From IMG/VR virus record IMGVR_UViG_3300045988_111327, positions 1 to 39,203 of that record: a DNA stretch of 39,203 bases. The stretch is one strand, 5' to 3'. Shown here piece after piece: positions 1 to 8,038 of this stretch (its first letter is position 1; each line of letters starts with the position of its first letter). A program made the position numbers and the translations under genes. Below the pieces are notes generated by a model. The model did no database searches, was not told where the DNA came from, and saw only the letters and a list, made by a program, of their open reading frames with translations. This DNA is from a virus.

Positions 1-99
1 ATGTTTTCAACTCCTTTAATTGGTATGCTTATATACTACAATAAAACTTTATAAAATGCAACACGATAATATAAAACTTTTTAAAATAAACAAAAAAAC
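1..99. repeat. Terminal direct repeat, left copy (identical to 39105..39203)
   Basis: Read by eye: atgttttcaactcctttaattggtatgc...caaaaaaac occurs at both ends, 99/99 bases. Confidence 0.95.
33..61 (-). promoter_or_regulatory. Putative early (cro-side) promoter
   Basis: Minus strand: -35 TTGCAT (rc of 56-61), 17-nt spacer, -10 TAGTAT (rc of 33-38). Downstream are RBS AAAGGAG and the cro-like ATG on the circular map. Confidence 0.55.
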
Positions 100-109
100 T
101 TTATATCAA
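41..109. promoter_or_regulatory. Three operator-like repeats in the cI/cro intergenic region
   Basis: ATAAAACTTTATAAAAT (41-57), ATAAAACTTTTTAAAAT (71-87), AAAAAACTTTATATCAA (93-109). Copy 1 fills the spacer of the cro-side promoter. Confidence 0.6.
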
Positions 110-110
110 G

Positions 111-116
111 TATAAT
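111..116 (+). promoter_or_regulatory. Putative -10 box (TATAAT) of the repressor-side promoter
   Basis: TATAAT at 111-116, about 40 nt upstream of the ATG at 157, with RBS GAAAGGAG at 141-148. No good -35 was seen. Confidence 0.4.
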
Positions 117-156
117 AACAATATAACTATATTGTAGTAAGAAAGGAGTTTGTACA

Positions 157-495
157 ATGACTACCGCCCAACGAATTAAAGATTTAAGAAAACGTCATAG
201 AATGTCGCAGACTGAGTTATCGAAATTCGTTAATGTTTCGCAAGCGACAGTTACGGCATGGGAAACTGGAAAAGCTGAACCTTCTAGCAGCGCACTTAAT
301 AAACTGGCTGATTTTTTTGATGTTTCAGCCGATTATATTCTTGGCAGAACTAATATTGAGAATAATAATAGTAGAAAAATGACCATTGATGAAGCAATGG
401 ACACTATCATGTCAGCAGACGGAAAAGAACCGACTGAACATGATAGAAAATTAATGGAAAGTATTATAAAGGCATACTTAGACAGTCGGGACTAA
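157..495 (+). CDS. XRE-family HTH repressor (cI-like)
   Basis: N-terminal HTH: QRIKDLRKRHRMSQTELSKFVNVSQATVTAWETGKAEPSSSALNKLADFF. Divergent from the cro-like gene. Strong RBS. Confidence 0.85.
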   Translation: MTTAQRIKDLRKRHRMSQTELSKFVNVSQATVTAWETGKAEPSSSALNKLADFFDVSADYILGRTNIENNNSRKMTIDEAMDTIMSADGKEPTEHDRKLMESIIKAYLDSRD

Positions 496-501
496 CTAGA
501 T

Positions 502-909
502 ATGGACGTTCGTAACATTGTCAAACAACTAAATATCAGTGTTCATTATGTGGATATGGAAAAGCCTGGCTATGCAACGATCAGCGCAGATAAGCAGTTA
601 AAGTTTGTGTTCGTTTCTAGCCACTACCCAGCGCGTGTGCAGAAAGTTACACTTATCCACGAACTAGAACATATCGCTAAGCAGTCAGGCCAGACAGCAC
701 TTTACAACGCTACTGTTTCGGCTCGTTTTAAAATGGAAAGTGAAATAAACCGTTGCGTTGTCTATGAGCTAGTAGACGACTATATCAAGCATACCGGCAT
801 TGAACCGGAAAACATCAACTATATAGATTTCATGCAGCTTAACGATATATCAGCAGACTATGAATCGTTCGTGAAAGAAACGATCAAAAATTATAAATGG
901 GGTAAATAA
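502..909 (+). CDS. ImmA/IrrE-like zinc metallopeptidase (COG2856-type)
   Basis: HEXXH motif HELEH. Lies immediately downstream of the XRE repressor, as in ImmR/ImmA pairs. Confidence 0.7.
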   Translation: MDVRNIVKQLNISVHYVDMEKPGYATISADKQLKFVFVSSHYPARVQKVTLIHELEHIAKQSGQTALYNATVSARFKMESEINRCVVYELVDDYIKHTGIEPENINYIDFMQLNDISADYESFVKETIKNYKWGK

Positions 910-910
910 T

Positions 911-1774
911 ATGAGAAAAAGTATTGCTTTCTTGATAATGGCATGTGGGATTGCCTTAGCCGGTTGCAGCACGAATACAGATAAAGCGAAATCTTCAAGT
1001 TCTTCCAGTTCATCAAGCGTTGCAAGGTCATCATCGGTTAAACCTGACCCTAACGCATCTGAGCGGACTTGGACTTACAAGAACAACGTTTTTGACGCTG
1101 GCAACGAAACTTATCGTTTTACCAAATGGAACGTTATGGATTCAGCAGATCAAGGCAAAAAGATTCTTGTCCTTTATTGTGATGTTACTAACAACTCGAC
1201 AAAGGAAATGGACCCGTCAAACGTATATATGGTAGTTGGTGCCTATCAGAAAAACGAAACTTCTGACGTGCAGCTCACACCGGGAATGGCAGCATTAGAT
1301 GAAAATGGGGACAATCCATTACAGCAATATGAAGACGGGTTATACAACAAGTTGCTTCCTGGAAAGACCGTTAAAGCGGTTATGACGTTCACTATCAACA
1401 ACGACAAACCGGTTCGTTTGGAATTTGAAAATCCTAATTTTGAAACGATTGGGACCAAGACTTACAAAGTTAGCAAGAAATTAAGCAAAGCGGAAAGAAA
1501 GAAACTTAATCAGTCTAGCTCTTCTTCATCTTCTACAACGCAAACAAATGCTGTTTCGCAAACTAAAACCGTTCCCCAGAACAATGGCGGTAGCAGCACT
1601 ACCCAGACATCAAGTTCAAGCAGTAGCGATCAAACTTACACTGCTCAACCATCGCAAGGCGGTACTATTTATCAGACTGGCAACGACACTGGCAGTTTTG
1701 CAGGCGACCCAGATGCTATTGCAGACACGCAGCAAATTCAAGAAAGTCTTGCAAAAGCGAATGGTTGGGAATAG
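911..1774 (+). CDS. Ser/Thr-rich lipoprotein, candidate superinfection-exclusion protein
   Basis: Signal peptide with lipobox LAGC (Cys19). Poly-Ser linkers and a beta-rich central domain. Sits between repressor and integrase, where Ltp/Sie-type genes are found. Confidence 0.7.
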   Translation: MRKSIAFLIMACGIALAGCSTNTDKAKSSSSSSSSSVARSSSVKPDPNASERTWTYKNNVFDAGNETYRFTKWNVMDSADQGKKILVLYCDVTNNSTKEMDPSNVYMVVGAYQKNETSDVQLTPGMAALDENGDNPLQQYEDGLYNKLLPGKTVKAVMTFTINNDKPVRLEFENPNFETIGTKTYKVSKKLSKAERKKLNQSSSSSSSTTQTNAVSQTKTVPQNNGGSSTTQTSSSSSSDQTYTAQPSQGGTIYQTGNDTGSFAGDPDAIADTQQIQESLAKANGWE

Positions 1775-1790
1775 CAACTTAAACAAAAAT

Positions 1791-1815
1791 AACCCTAGCT
1801 GTTACGGCTAGGGTT
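1791..1815. terminator. Stem-loop after the lipoprotein gene
   Basis: AACCCTAGC-tgttacg-GCTAGGGTT. The T-run is clear only on the minus strand (ATTTTTGTTT); the plus-side tail is only TTT. Confidence 0.45.
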
Positions 1816-1858
1816 TAAAAATAGACTTAAATCGAACATATGTACGAAAGGATTTACT

Positions 1859-2953
1859 ATGGCTTCTTTTACTAAACGAAACGGAAAATGGCAAGCTCGT
1901 ATCAGCTGGCATGATGAAAATGGAAAACTTCACCAGAAAGCAAAGTCTGGATTTGCTACCAAAGCACAAGCGAAAGACTATGCAACTCAAATTGAAAATG
2001 AGCTGATCAATGGCGTTGATATTGCAGCAGACCCGGTTTTTGCCGACTACTTCAAGACATGGTGTGAAACTTATCGCTTGCCGAAAATATCAAAAGCAAC
2101 GGCTCGCAACTATATGAGTTATTACCGAGTTATCACAAGTTATTTTGGTGAAACTAGAATCAAGCAGATCAAGCGCAGCACCTATCAGCAGTTTTTAAAC
2201 GACTATGGCAAAGATCACTCGTTGGGAACAATGAAAGAAATGACGTCAAAAGTTAAAGCTTGCGTTAGATCAGCTATTGCAGACGGTATCATCACTAAAG
2301 ACTTTACCTATAATGCAAATATAACCTATGACAAATCGCTGACACGCAACCCTGAGTATTTATCCATCAATGAGCTTAAACGGCTTATATCAGCCCTTAA
2401 TGACGATTTAAAACCAGATAACGTTAAGCCTTATATCGTTTTGACTGCTATTTATACCGGCGCAAGATTTTCAGAAATTATCGCTTTGACTTGGAAAGAC
2501 GTTGACTACCTGCACCGAACGATCACGATTAATAAATCCATTGACTATAAGTACAATACCGGATTTAAGCCAACCAAAAATGAAAGTTCAAACAGGACAA
2601 TTCGAGTTAATGGTGAGCTGCTTAAGATATTGTCGCAGCTAAAAGTTAATCAAACGCCACTTTTGTTTGCTAAAACTCCGCAATCTTTTCGCACTATTTT
2701 CATAAAAAAAGTTAACGCCTATCTTAAATCAACTATGGAACGAATCGGAATTAAAAAACGCGATTACACATTTCATGCGCTCCGCCACAGCCATGTTGCG
2801 TTTCTTTTAAGTCAAGGAATCGACATTTACGCAATTAGCAAACGATTAGGGCACTCAAATATGACGACAACTAGCAATGTATATGCTTACTTGATAGATG
2901 AATATAAGCACAAGCTGGACGATGAAATTGAGCGCAAATTAGCGCAATTATAG
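1859..2953 (+). CDS. int: Tyrosine recombinase / phage integrase
   Basis: Catalytic signature: GARFSEI (Arg), HALRHSH (H-x-x-R, His), LGHSNMTTTSNVYAY (Tyr). N-terminal SAM-like domain. Confidence 0.93.
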   Translation: MASFTKRNGKWQARISWHDENGKLHQKAKSGFATKAQAKDYATQIENELINGVDIAADPVFADYFKTWCETYRLPKISKATARNYMSYYRVITSYFGETRIKQIKRSTYQQFLNDYGKDHSLGTMKEMTSKVKACVRSAIADGIITKDFTYNANITYDKSLTRNPEYLSINELKRLISALNDDLKPDNVKPYIVLTAIYTGARFSEIIALTWKDVDYLHRTITINKSIDYKYNTGFKPTKNESSNRTIRVNGELLKILSQLKVNQTPLLFAKTPQSFRTIFIKKVNAYLKSTMERIGIKKRDYTFHALRHSHVAFLLSQGIDIYAISKRLGHSNMTTTSNVYAYLIDEYKHKLDDEIERKLAQL

Positions 2954-2959
2954 CCGTCG

Positions 2960-3149
2960 TTGCACTAATATTGCACTGCTAAACTATAAATGCTGTTATA
3001 TCAACGTTTTAACGATGTTAAATACCTTGTCGATAAAGGTCAGCATAGTGTTCTATAGTTTTTTATAATGCACGAAACCGTATATTATCATAATTTAGTG
3101 ATATATAATAATATATAAATATTATAACCATTGCACTTTTCGTTGCACA
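2960..3149. promoter_or_regulatory. attP arm region with four TTGCAC(T) repeats (putative integrase arm-type sites)
   Basis: TTGCACT at 2960-2966, 2971-2977 and 3131-3137; TTGCACA at 3143-3149. They flank a very AT-rich stretch just downstream of int. Confidence 0.5.
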
Positions 3150-3174
3150 AAAAAACGGCCGTCATTGACGACCG
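3149..3174 (-). terminator. Rho-independent terminator (minus strand)
   Basis: Minus strand: CGGTCGTC-aat-GACGGCCG (one mismatch) followed by TTTTTTT. Confidence 0.55.
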
Positions 3175-3318
3175 CAGCCCCACTTGCGGTGGGGATAACA
3201 CAAATTAAGACCCAAGGTATTCTAATATCTATATCTGGATCACACCCGCTTTGGGCGGGTACTAAATAAGCTAATGCCTAATTTAATTATAGATTTCAAT
3301 CCGCGTGCTGAAAGCACG

Positions 3319-3345
3319 AAACAGCCGGTATCGCTACTGGCTGTT
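3319..3345. terminator. Stem-loop terminator at the end of the moron operon
   Basis: AACAGCC-ggtatcgctact-GGCTGTT, with a T-run on the plus side (TTTATTTTAT). It directly follows the stop codon at 3352-3354 on the minus side. A second small hairpin, GTGCT-gaa-AGCAC, lies at 3305-3317. Confidence 0.55.
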
Positions 3346-3351
3346 TTTATT

Positions 3352-3933
3352 TTATAGCAATTTATCGATTTCAGCAATTCGTTTCAGCAAACGTTCTTTA
3401 TCGTCAAGTAGCGCTTGGCGATCAATTTTAGGCTCGCTGACAATCTCAATAGTTGCATGCTTTACTTCAGCTTTCTTTGCCAAGCTTTCTGGGACGTTAT
3501 ATACAATGATTTCCGTTCCCTTGCCAAACTCGATTGTTGGGTATTTCATTGAACCGCCTGACTTGTATTTGCCTTTGACGGTTACACCATCGGCAACTTT
3601 TACGCCGGAATCACGACCACGTGCCGACATGATTTCACGGCCGAACAACGTCATTACCAGCTCGTTGTCGATTGATTGGATATCGCCTAAATCGCAATCA
3701 TCAAGAACCGTTAGCTTAACGGTTACTTTTGGTTCGTTATTTTCTGAACCGTCAGTACCATAGACATCACGCAGCACCCGCTTTGCGTCTTCAAGACTTT
3801 CAACAGGTACTTGCCATTCTTTTGTGGCAGCATGCCACTTGGCACTGCCAATGCTATGGATTTTCTTTACAAACTCTGGATTGAATGGGCTACTAATGTA
3901 TGCCTTATCGGCTTCGGTGCGAATTGAAATCAT
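3352..3933 (-). CDS. Hypothetical moron protein (N-terminal DUF5710-like motif, beta-rich core, C-terminal coiled coil)
   Basis: RBS AGGAGG 6 nt upstream of the ATG. The motif SAKWHAATKEWQVP resembles the AKWD..K.W.VP domain. No enzymatic motif recognised. Confidence 0.7.
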   Translation of the reverse strand: MISIRTEADKAYISSPFNPEFVKKIHSIGSAKWHAATKEWQVPVESLEDAKRVLRDVYGTDGSENNEPKVTVKLTVLDDCDLGDIQSIDNELVMTLFGREIMSARGRDSGVKVADGVTVKGKYKSGGSMKYPTIEFGKGTEIIVYNVPESLAKKAEVKHATIEIVSEPKIDRQALLDDKERLLKRIAEIDKLL

Positions 3934-3944
3934 TTTTATGCCTC

Positions 3945-4511
3945 CTAATCAAAATACGTGTCGTAAATTTGTTCAACAAGTTCTTCCGCTTTAACAGAAT
4001 TGGTGAACAATTCTTTAAAGTTTGAGTTTTTGCCTAACCAGTCTAATAGATCATTGCCACATAGATTGCTATTATCAATGACAACCAAGCCTTCGCCTTT
4101 AATATCGATTGAACCGTCTTCGTGCAGCTCGATAATGCTATTCAGATCATCAACAAAGTTTTCGACAAATTCAGCGGTGGTCATCTTTTCTTCTTCCGCT
4201 TCATCATTGTAGATGCTAACAATATCTTCTGGAAGGCCAACAGTTACGCCTTCCTTTGCTAATCCTTGCAGTTCTACCAGTTCGTTCAATTCCAGTTGTT
4301 CTTTCTTCATCATTTTAATTTCCTCCTCGTTATCGTTGATGAATGTTTGAAACTTTTCAAGCGTGGTCAGCCAAACTTTACTCCAATCTGACCGGCCAGA
4401 ACGCAAGTTAGAAATTGTTACACGGTTAACGCCCGTGCCCTTTTCTAGCTTAGTCGTTGGTATGCCAGAATCGCATACCAACTTTTTGATTGCTGTTGTA
4501 TCAATAATCAT
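3945..4511 (-). CDS. Hypothetical moron protein: N-terminal HTH-like segment plus very acidic C-terminal domain
   Basis: RBS AGGAGG. N-terminal TKLEKGTGVNRVTISNLRSGR looks HTH-like. The C-terminal 120 aa are rich in D/E. Confidence 0.7.
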   Translation of the reverse strand: MIIDTTAIKKLVCDSGIPTTKLEKGTGVNRVTISNLRSGRSDWSKVWLTTLEKFQTFINDNEEEIKMMKKEQLELNELVELQGLAKEGVTVGLPEDIVSIYNDEAEEEKMTTAEFVENFVDDLNSIIELHEDGSIDIKGEGLVVIDNSNLCGNDLLDWLGKNSNFKELFTNSVKAEELVEQIYDTYFD

Positions 4512-4522
4512 TTAGCAGCCTC

Positions 4523-4867
4523 CTAGTTTAAATGGTCCCGCTTGCTTAAGATAATATCTCCGTTCCAGCGTTTGCCGTCTTTGTAGAAATAATACCGGTC
4601 AAGACCTGGAACCCACTTGCGTTCAAGTCGAACAATCTTTCCTTGCAGGTTGTTCTCATCATATGGCAAGTTAGCCATTGGATTGTTATCATTAAGGGCT
4701 TTTGTTTCCATATCCTTAGTTACTTCCAAACCCATTGAACGGGTTAAGTGTCCCGTTTCATCGAGCGGGTCTTGGTTTACCCAGTTCCAGTTTTCGGTGA
4801 AATCTTCCAGGCTGATCAGCCCGTATTTCTTCCAGTTTTTAAAAATCTTTGTTTCTTCAATTTTCAT
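4523..4867 (-). CDS. Hypothetical moron protein (114 aa)
   Basis: RBS AAGGAG. First gene behind its own promoter. No recognised domain. Confidence 0.65.
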   Translation of the reverse strand: MKIEETKIFKNWKKYGLISLEDFTENWNWVNQDPLDETGHLTRSMGLEVTKDMETKALNDNNPMANLPYDENNLQGKIVRLERKWVPGLDRYYFYKDGKRWNGDIILSKRDHLN

Positions 4868-4910
4868 TTTTGATTCGCTCCTTTTTTGTTAATATTTCTT
4901 TACAAGTATT

Positions 4911-4939
4911 ATAATACACTCTTCCATCATGTTTGTAAA
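4911..4939 (-). promoter_or_regulatory. Putative sigma-A type promoter of the moron operon
   Basis: Minus strand: -35 TTTACA (rc of 4934-4939), 17 nt, -10 TATTAT (rc of 4911-4916) preceded by TG. Embedded in the palindrome GTATTATAATAC. Confidence 0.5.
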
Positions 4940-4960
4940 TACTTATTAACAAAAAGTCAA

Positions 4961-4992
4961 AATAAAAAAGACCTAGCCGTTAAGCTAGGTCT
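4961..4992 (-). terminator. Rho-independent terminator after the endolysin gene
   Basis: Minus strand: AGACCTAGC-ttaacg-GCTAGGTCT followed by TTTTTTATTTT. Confidence 0.8.
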
Positions 4993-5001
4993 AATCGTTA
5001 T

Positions 5002-5937
5002 TTATTTGAAGGTTCCGTAAGGCTCGCCAGTATTAGCGTTCCGGCATACCAGATAGCCGTATTGACCATTTCCGCGTGGTTGACGCAGCCAAACGAACCC
5101 GTTATGACGGCTCCATGCGTCATACTTAATCACGCTACCAGAAGGCAATACCGCGATTGACGTTGCGGTTACTTTAGCGCCCCACCGCAAATGCAGTGCC
5201 GTTGTACTCGTGAACGTACCATTTTCGGCGTGCCACTCATCGCCCAGTGCGTCCTTCCAGACCGTTTCAGCGGGCTTCTCAGCCGGTTGTGCAGGCTGTT
5301 CCGGTTGCTTAACTTCGGTTGGGTTAAATAGCGCCAAAGCGTTGTCAGTCAGTGTGATAGACCCGTCAACCTTGTAGCCTAACAAGTTATCAGTGTACTG
5401 CCATGCGTCAACATAGTTGGCACTTGGGAAGTAGTTAAAGTTAGGCTCTTTGCCGTCTGCCTTACCGTTTGCCAGTACGTATGCAGCTAACCAGAAGAAA
5501 TCGCAGTGTGGGTGGATTGCTTCCAGGTCAAACTTAGGCAGCAAATACTTGTACGTGTAGAAACCGGTATGATAACCAGCATTACGCAACGTGTCAAGAA
5601 ACACGATAACGCTTGACGTTGGCATGCCATTGATTTCAGCGTCAAGGACTAACAGCGTGCCAGGCTTGACGTTTGCCTTTGCCTTAGCGTTGGCGATAAA
5701 GAACTCGGCTTCCGCCTTCGCTCCGGCGTCATTCGTGAAACGTCCGAAATGGTAGAATGCAAAGCCATTAACACCGCCCGCAGCAGCATTATTTACTTCG
5801 CTTTGGATATAAGGGTTGACGTAGTTAGTGCCTTCTGTAACCTTAACGATTGCCTTAGTAGCGCCAATCGCGCGGTAATCGTTAGCGGTCAGGTTGGCTT
5901 GGTAACTAGCCAAATCAATCATGATTTCGCGTGCCAT
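5002..5937 (-). CDS. Endolysin: GH25 muramidase with C-terminal SH3b-like cell-wall-binding domain
   Basis: N-terminal IDLASYQ, YHF and LVLDAE motifs typical of GH25. Pro/Glu-rich linker QPEQPAQPAEKP. SH3-like C-terminus. Start chosen at MAREIM, which has RBS AAGGAGG; the track ORF begins 42 nt upstream. Confidence 0.88.
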   Translation of the reverse strand: MAREIMIDLASYQANLTANDYRAIGATKAIVKVTEGTNYVNPYIQSEVNNAAAGGVNGFAFYHFGRFTNDAGAKAEAEFFIANAKAKANVKPGTLLVLDAEINGMPTSSVIVFLDTLRNAGYHTGFYTYKYLLPKFDLEAIHPHCDFFWLAAYVLANGKADGKEPNFNYFPSANYVDAWQYTDNLLGYKVDGSITLTDNALALFNPTEVKQPEQPAQPAEKPAETVWKDALGDEWHAENGTFTSTTALHLRWGAKVTATSIAVLPSGSVIKYDAWSRHNGFVWLRQPRGNGQYGYLVCRNANTGEPYGTFK

Positions 5938-6364
5938 TTTTGACCTCCTTATTCGTGTCTTCGTGAACATACTCATCACTTAGTTTGTAGATATACTGCT
6001 TGACGAAATCGGGAACGGGTACGCCCATTTGCCCCAGATTTTCAATGATTGAAACAGCATAGAAAAGTACATAAAAGATAATCAGCGTATCGCCGGCACT
6101 CCGAAAACCGTTGATGTCAAGCATAGGGTAAAGCGTAATAATAATCAGCAGCAATGCCCCGTGCCGAATCAAGCCATCAGTGCCTTTACGACTGCTTGTT
6201 TTTTTGGTAACCAAAGACTTCAAAAAGCCCGTGGTAATATCAGCAACGACAATCCAGACAAACAGCCACACGATTTTGTTATCGACTAACATATGCAAGT
6301 GCTCCATGTATTGCATATGGTATGGTACGCCTGGACCATCAGCAAGATACTTAATAACGTCCAA
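5915..6364 (-). CDS. Holin (multi-TM, phage holin_4-like)
   Basis: Several hydrophobic helices. TTG start with RBS AGGAG. Overlaps the endolysin start. Confidence 0.75.
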   Translation of the reverse strand: MDVIKYLADGPGVPYHMQYMEHLHMLVDNKIVWLFVWIVVADITTGFLKSLVTKKTSSRKGTDGLIRHGALLLIIITLYPMLDINGFRSAGDTLIIFYVLFYAVSIIENLGQMGVPVPDFVKQYIYKLSDEYVHEDTNKEVKNGTRNHD

Positions 6365-6420
6365 TTTCCCAACTCCTAACTGCCGCCTTGCTATGCAATA
6401 CTGTTATCTTTCGTAGGCGA

Positions 6421-6452
6421 CAAAATAAAAAGATTACGCAGCTACGTAATCT
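6421..6452 (-). terminator. Stem-loop with T-run upstream of the lysis cassette
   Basis: Minus strand: AGATTACG-tagctg-CGTAATCT followed by TTTTATTTTG. It overlaps the stop of the XkdX-like ORF. Confidence 0.55.
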
Positions 6453-6568
6453 TGTCCGGTGATTTCCTTGAATTGTTCAGCGGTCAGCCAACCGACATAA
6501 ACCGCGTCCTTGCATTGTTGTACCGTGAACAGGCCCATTGGGTAGTACATCTTGAAGATAGAATACAT
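6434..6568 (-). CDS. XkdX-like small protein (44 aa; below the track cutoff)
   Basis: Hand translation: MYSIFKMYYPMGLFTVQQCKDAVYVGWLTAEQFKEITGQDYVAA. RBS GAGG. The W(I/L)T.E.(Y/F)KEITG motif is typical of XkdX. Confidence 0.7.
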   Translation of the reverse strand: MYSIFKMYYPMGLFTVQQCKDAVYVGWLTAEQFKEITGQDYVAA

Positions 6569-6585
6569 AGTTTTTACCTCGTTTC

Positions 6586-7101
6586 TTAGTTAGTTGCCTT
6601 TGCATTTGCCAGTAGTGCACTGGTCAGACTAGCGATTTGCGTACCTTGCTGCTTAACCGTCATTTGCGTTTGCAGCAGTTGAGCAGTAAGCAATGCAACA
6701 GTAGTTTCATCGCTCGATTCAGTTTTTTCGGGTTCTTTCAATTTATCGATTTCTTCCTTTGACAACGTTTCAACCCACTTATTTTGGGACTTGTCAAATT
6801 TTGGCTTGTACATACCTAAGCCGTTTTCATCTGACGGCTTAATCGTTGTTTCGTTGGAATTTAAAACCGCATCTTTTGTTGCGATTTCTAGATTATCTAA
6901 GCTACCATCACTGTCATAATGATAGATAGTAATCAGTTCCGTGTTATCAACCCAATTTTGCCCGTCCCAGTACGCATTAGCAGTTTGAGGCGCTACCAGT
7001 GTTTGACCTTCTGCCAATACGAAATTGTCATCAGCGTTTTCAGTTCCTAAAAACTCGTGCATGCGATTTTTTGCATTGTAAAGATAAACTACTTTACTCA
7101 T
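6586..7101 (-). CDS. Hypothetical tail-fibre-associated protein with C-terminal coiled coil
   Basis: ORF with RBS. Lies between the fibre genes and the XkdX-like gene. Confidence 0.6.
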   Translation of the reverse strand: MSKVVYLYNAKNRMHEFLGTENADDNFVLAEGQTLVAPQTANAYWDGQNWVDNTELITIYHYDSDGSLDNLEIATKDAVLNSNETTIKPSDENGLGMYKPKFDKSQNKWVETLSKEEIDKLKEPEKTESSDETTVALLTAQLLQTQMTVKQQGTQIASLTSALLANAKATN

Positions 7102-7112
7102 TAAAACACCTC

Positions 7113-7544
7113 CTAGCCAACAATCAGCAACGAAATCATAGCGCTAAATGGGGATAGATCGAAGTTATAACCGTTAGTCATCAAGATCTTGCCACCGCCT
7201 TGGTCAAAGCTCAGACCACTAGCAGGACTACCGTCAATATACCCGCTTTGCGCAAAATATGATCCAAACAAGTTCTTAATGTCGTCTGACATTTTAACGA
7301 TTTCGACCTTTTGCCCTTGCTTTACAGTTGGCGTAGTACACCAACCGGAAAATTCAAGGATTGTCAGTCCGCCCGCTTTATATTTGCGCCAACACAAATT
7401 ATCGCCGCCGAACCCGTTAAGGCTAGTTAGCCCTACCTTGCTCCACTCCGTACCGCTACCACTAGCAGCGTTCAGTTTTTCAAAGTTGGCTTGGATAGCT
7501 TCGGGCCCTTTATCCATGCCACTAAAAATCTTAGTAAGGTCCAT
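7113..7544 (-). CDS. Hypothetical structural protein (fibre/receptor-binding region)
   Basis: ORF with RBS AGAGGTGA, tightly packed after the fibre genes. Confidence 0.6.
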   Translation of the reverse strand: MDLTKIFSGMDKGPEAIQANFEKLNAASGSGTEWSKVGLTSLNGFGGDNLCWRKYKAGGLTILEFSGWCTTPTVKQGQKVEIVKMSDDIKNLFGSYFAQSGYIDGSPASGLSFDQGGGKILMTNGYNFDLSPFSAMISLLIVG

Positions 7545-7555
7545 TTTTTCACCTC

Positions 7556-8026
7556 TTAATTTTTAAAATAAATAGCCTTGACGCCATCGAATGCGCCAAA
7601 GCTACCATCATCTAATTTTTGCATTAGTTTGTTGTCTGAGAATTTGTCAAACGATGAAAGAATCTCAAGCGTGCTAATGCCGTTAGCAACACTAACCACT
7701 TCAACTGACAATGTTTGACGATTCCCACCACCGAAAAAACCGCTAGGCTCAGTCCCAATTGGAACGCTACCTAATGGATATTCCAGATAGGTTACAGTGT
7801 AGGTTGTTCCTACTGTTAAAACCGTAGGAACACGAATACGAATGCCATGCGTGTTGACGGCCAGCCATGAGCCAGCTCCATCTCGAATGCCGTTCCAAGC
7901 ATAGACATGAAACCAATAGTTGGTTCGCGGTTTAAGGCCAGTTACCGTGTACGACTTGGCACTCGTTGTTGCAATCAAAGTAGTAGCGCCATTCTTAGCG
8001 CTGCTATCTTCAATTCGAAACTGCAT
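7556..8026 (-). CDS. Tail-fibre distal segment: starts with the C-terminal part of an FN3 domain, then a beta-rich head
   Basis: YTVTGLKPRTNYWFHVYAWNG matches FN3 strands E-F. In frame with the upstream ORF, separated only by TAA plus 4 codons. Confidence 0.7.
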   Translation of the reverse strand: MQFRIEDSSAKNGATTLIATTSAKSYTVTGLKPRTNYWFHVYAWNGIRDGAGSWLAVNTHGIRIRVPTVLTVGTTYTVTYLEYPLGSVPIGTEPSGFFGGGNRQTLSVEVVSVANGISTLEILSSFDKFSDNKLMQKLDDGSFGAFDGVKAIYFKN

Positions 8027-8038
8027 AAGATCACCCGC

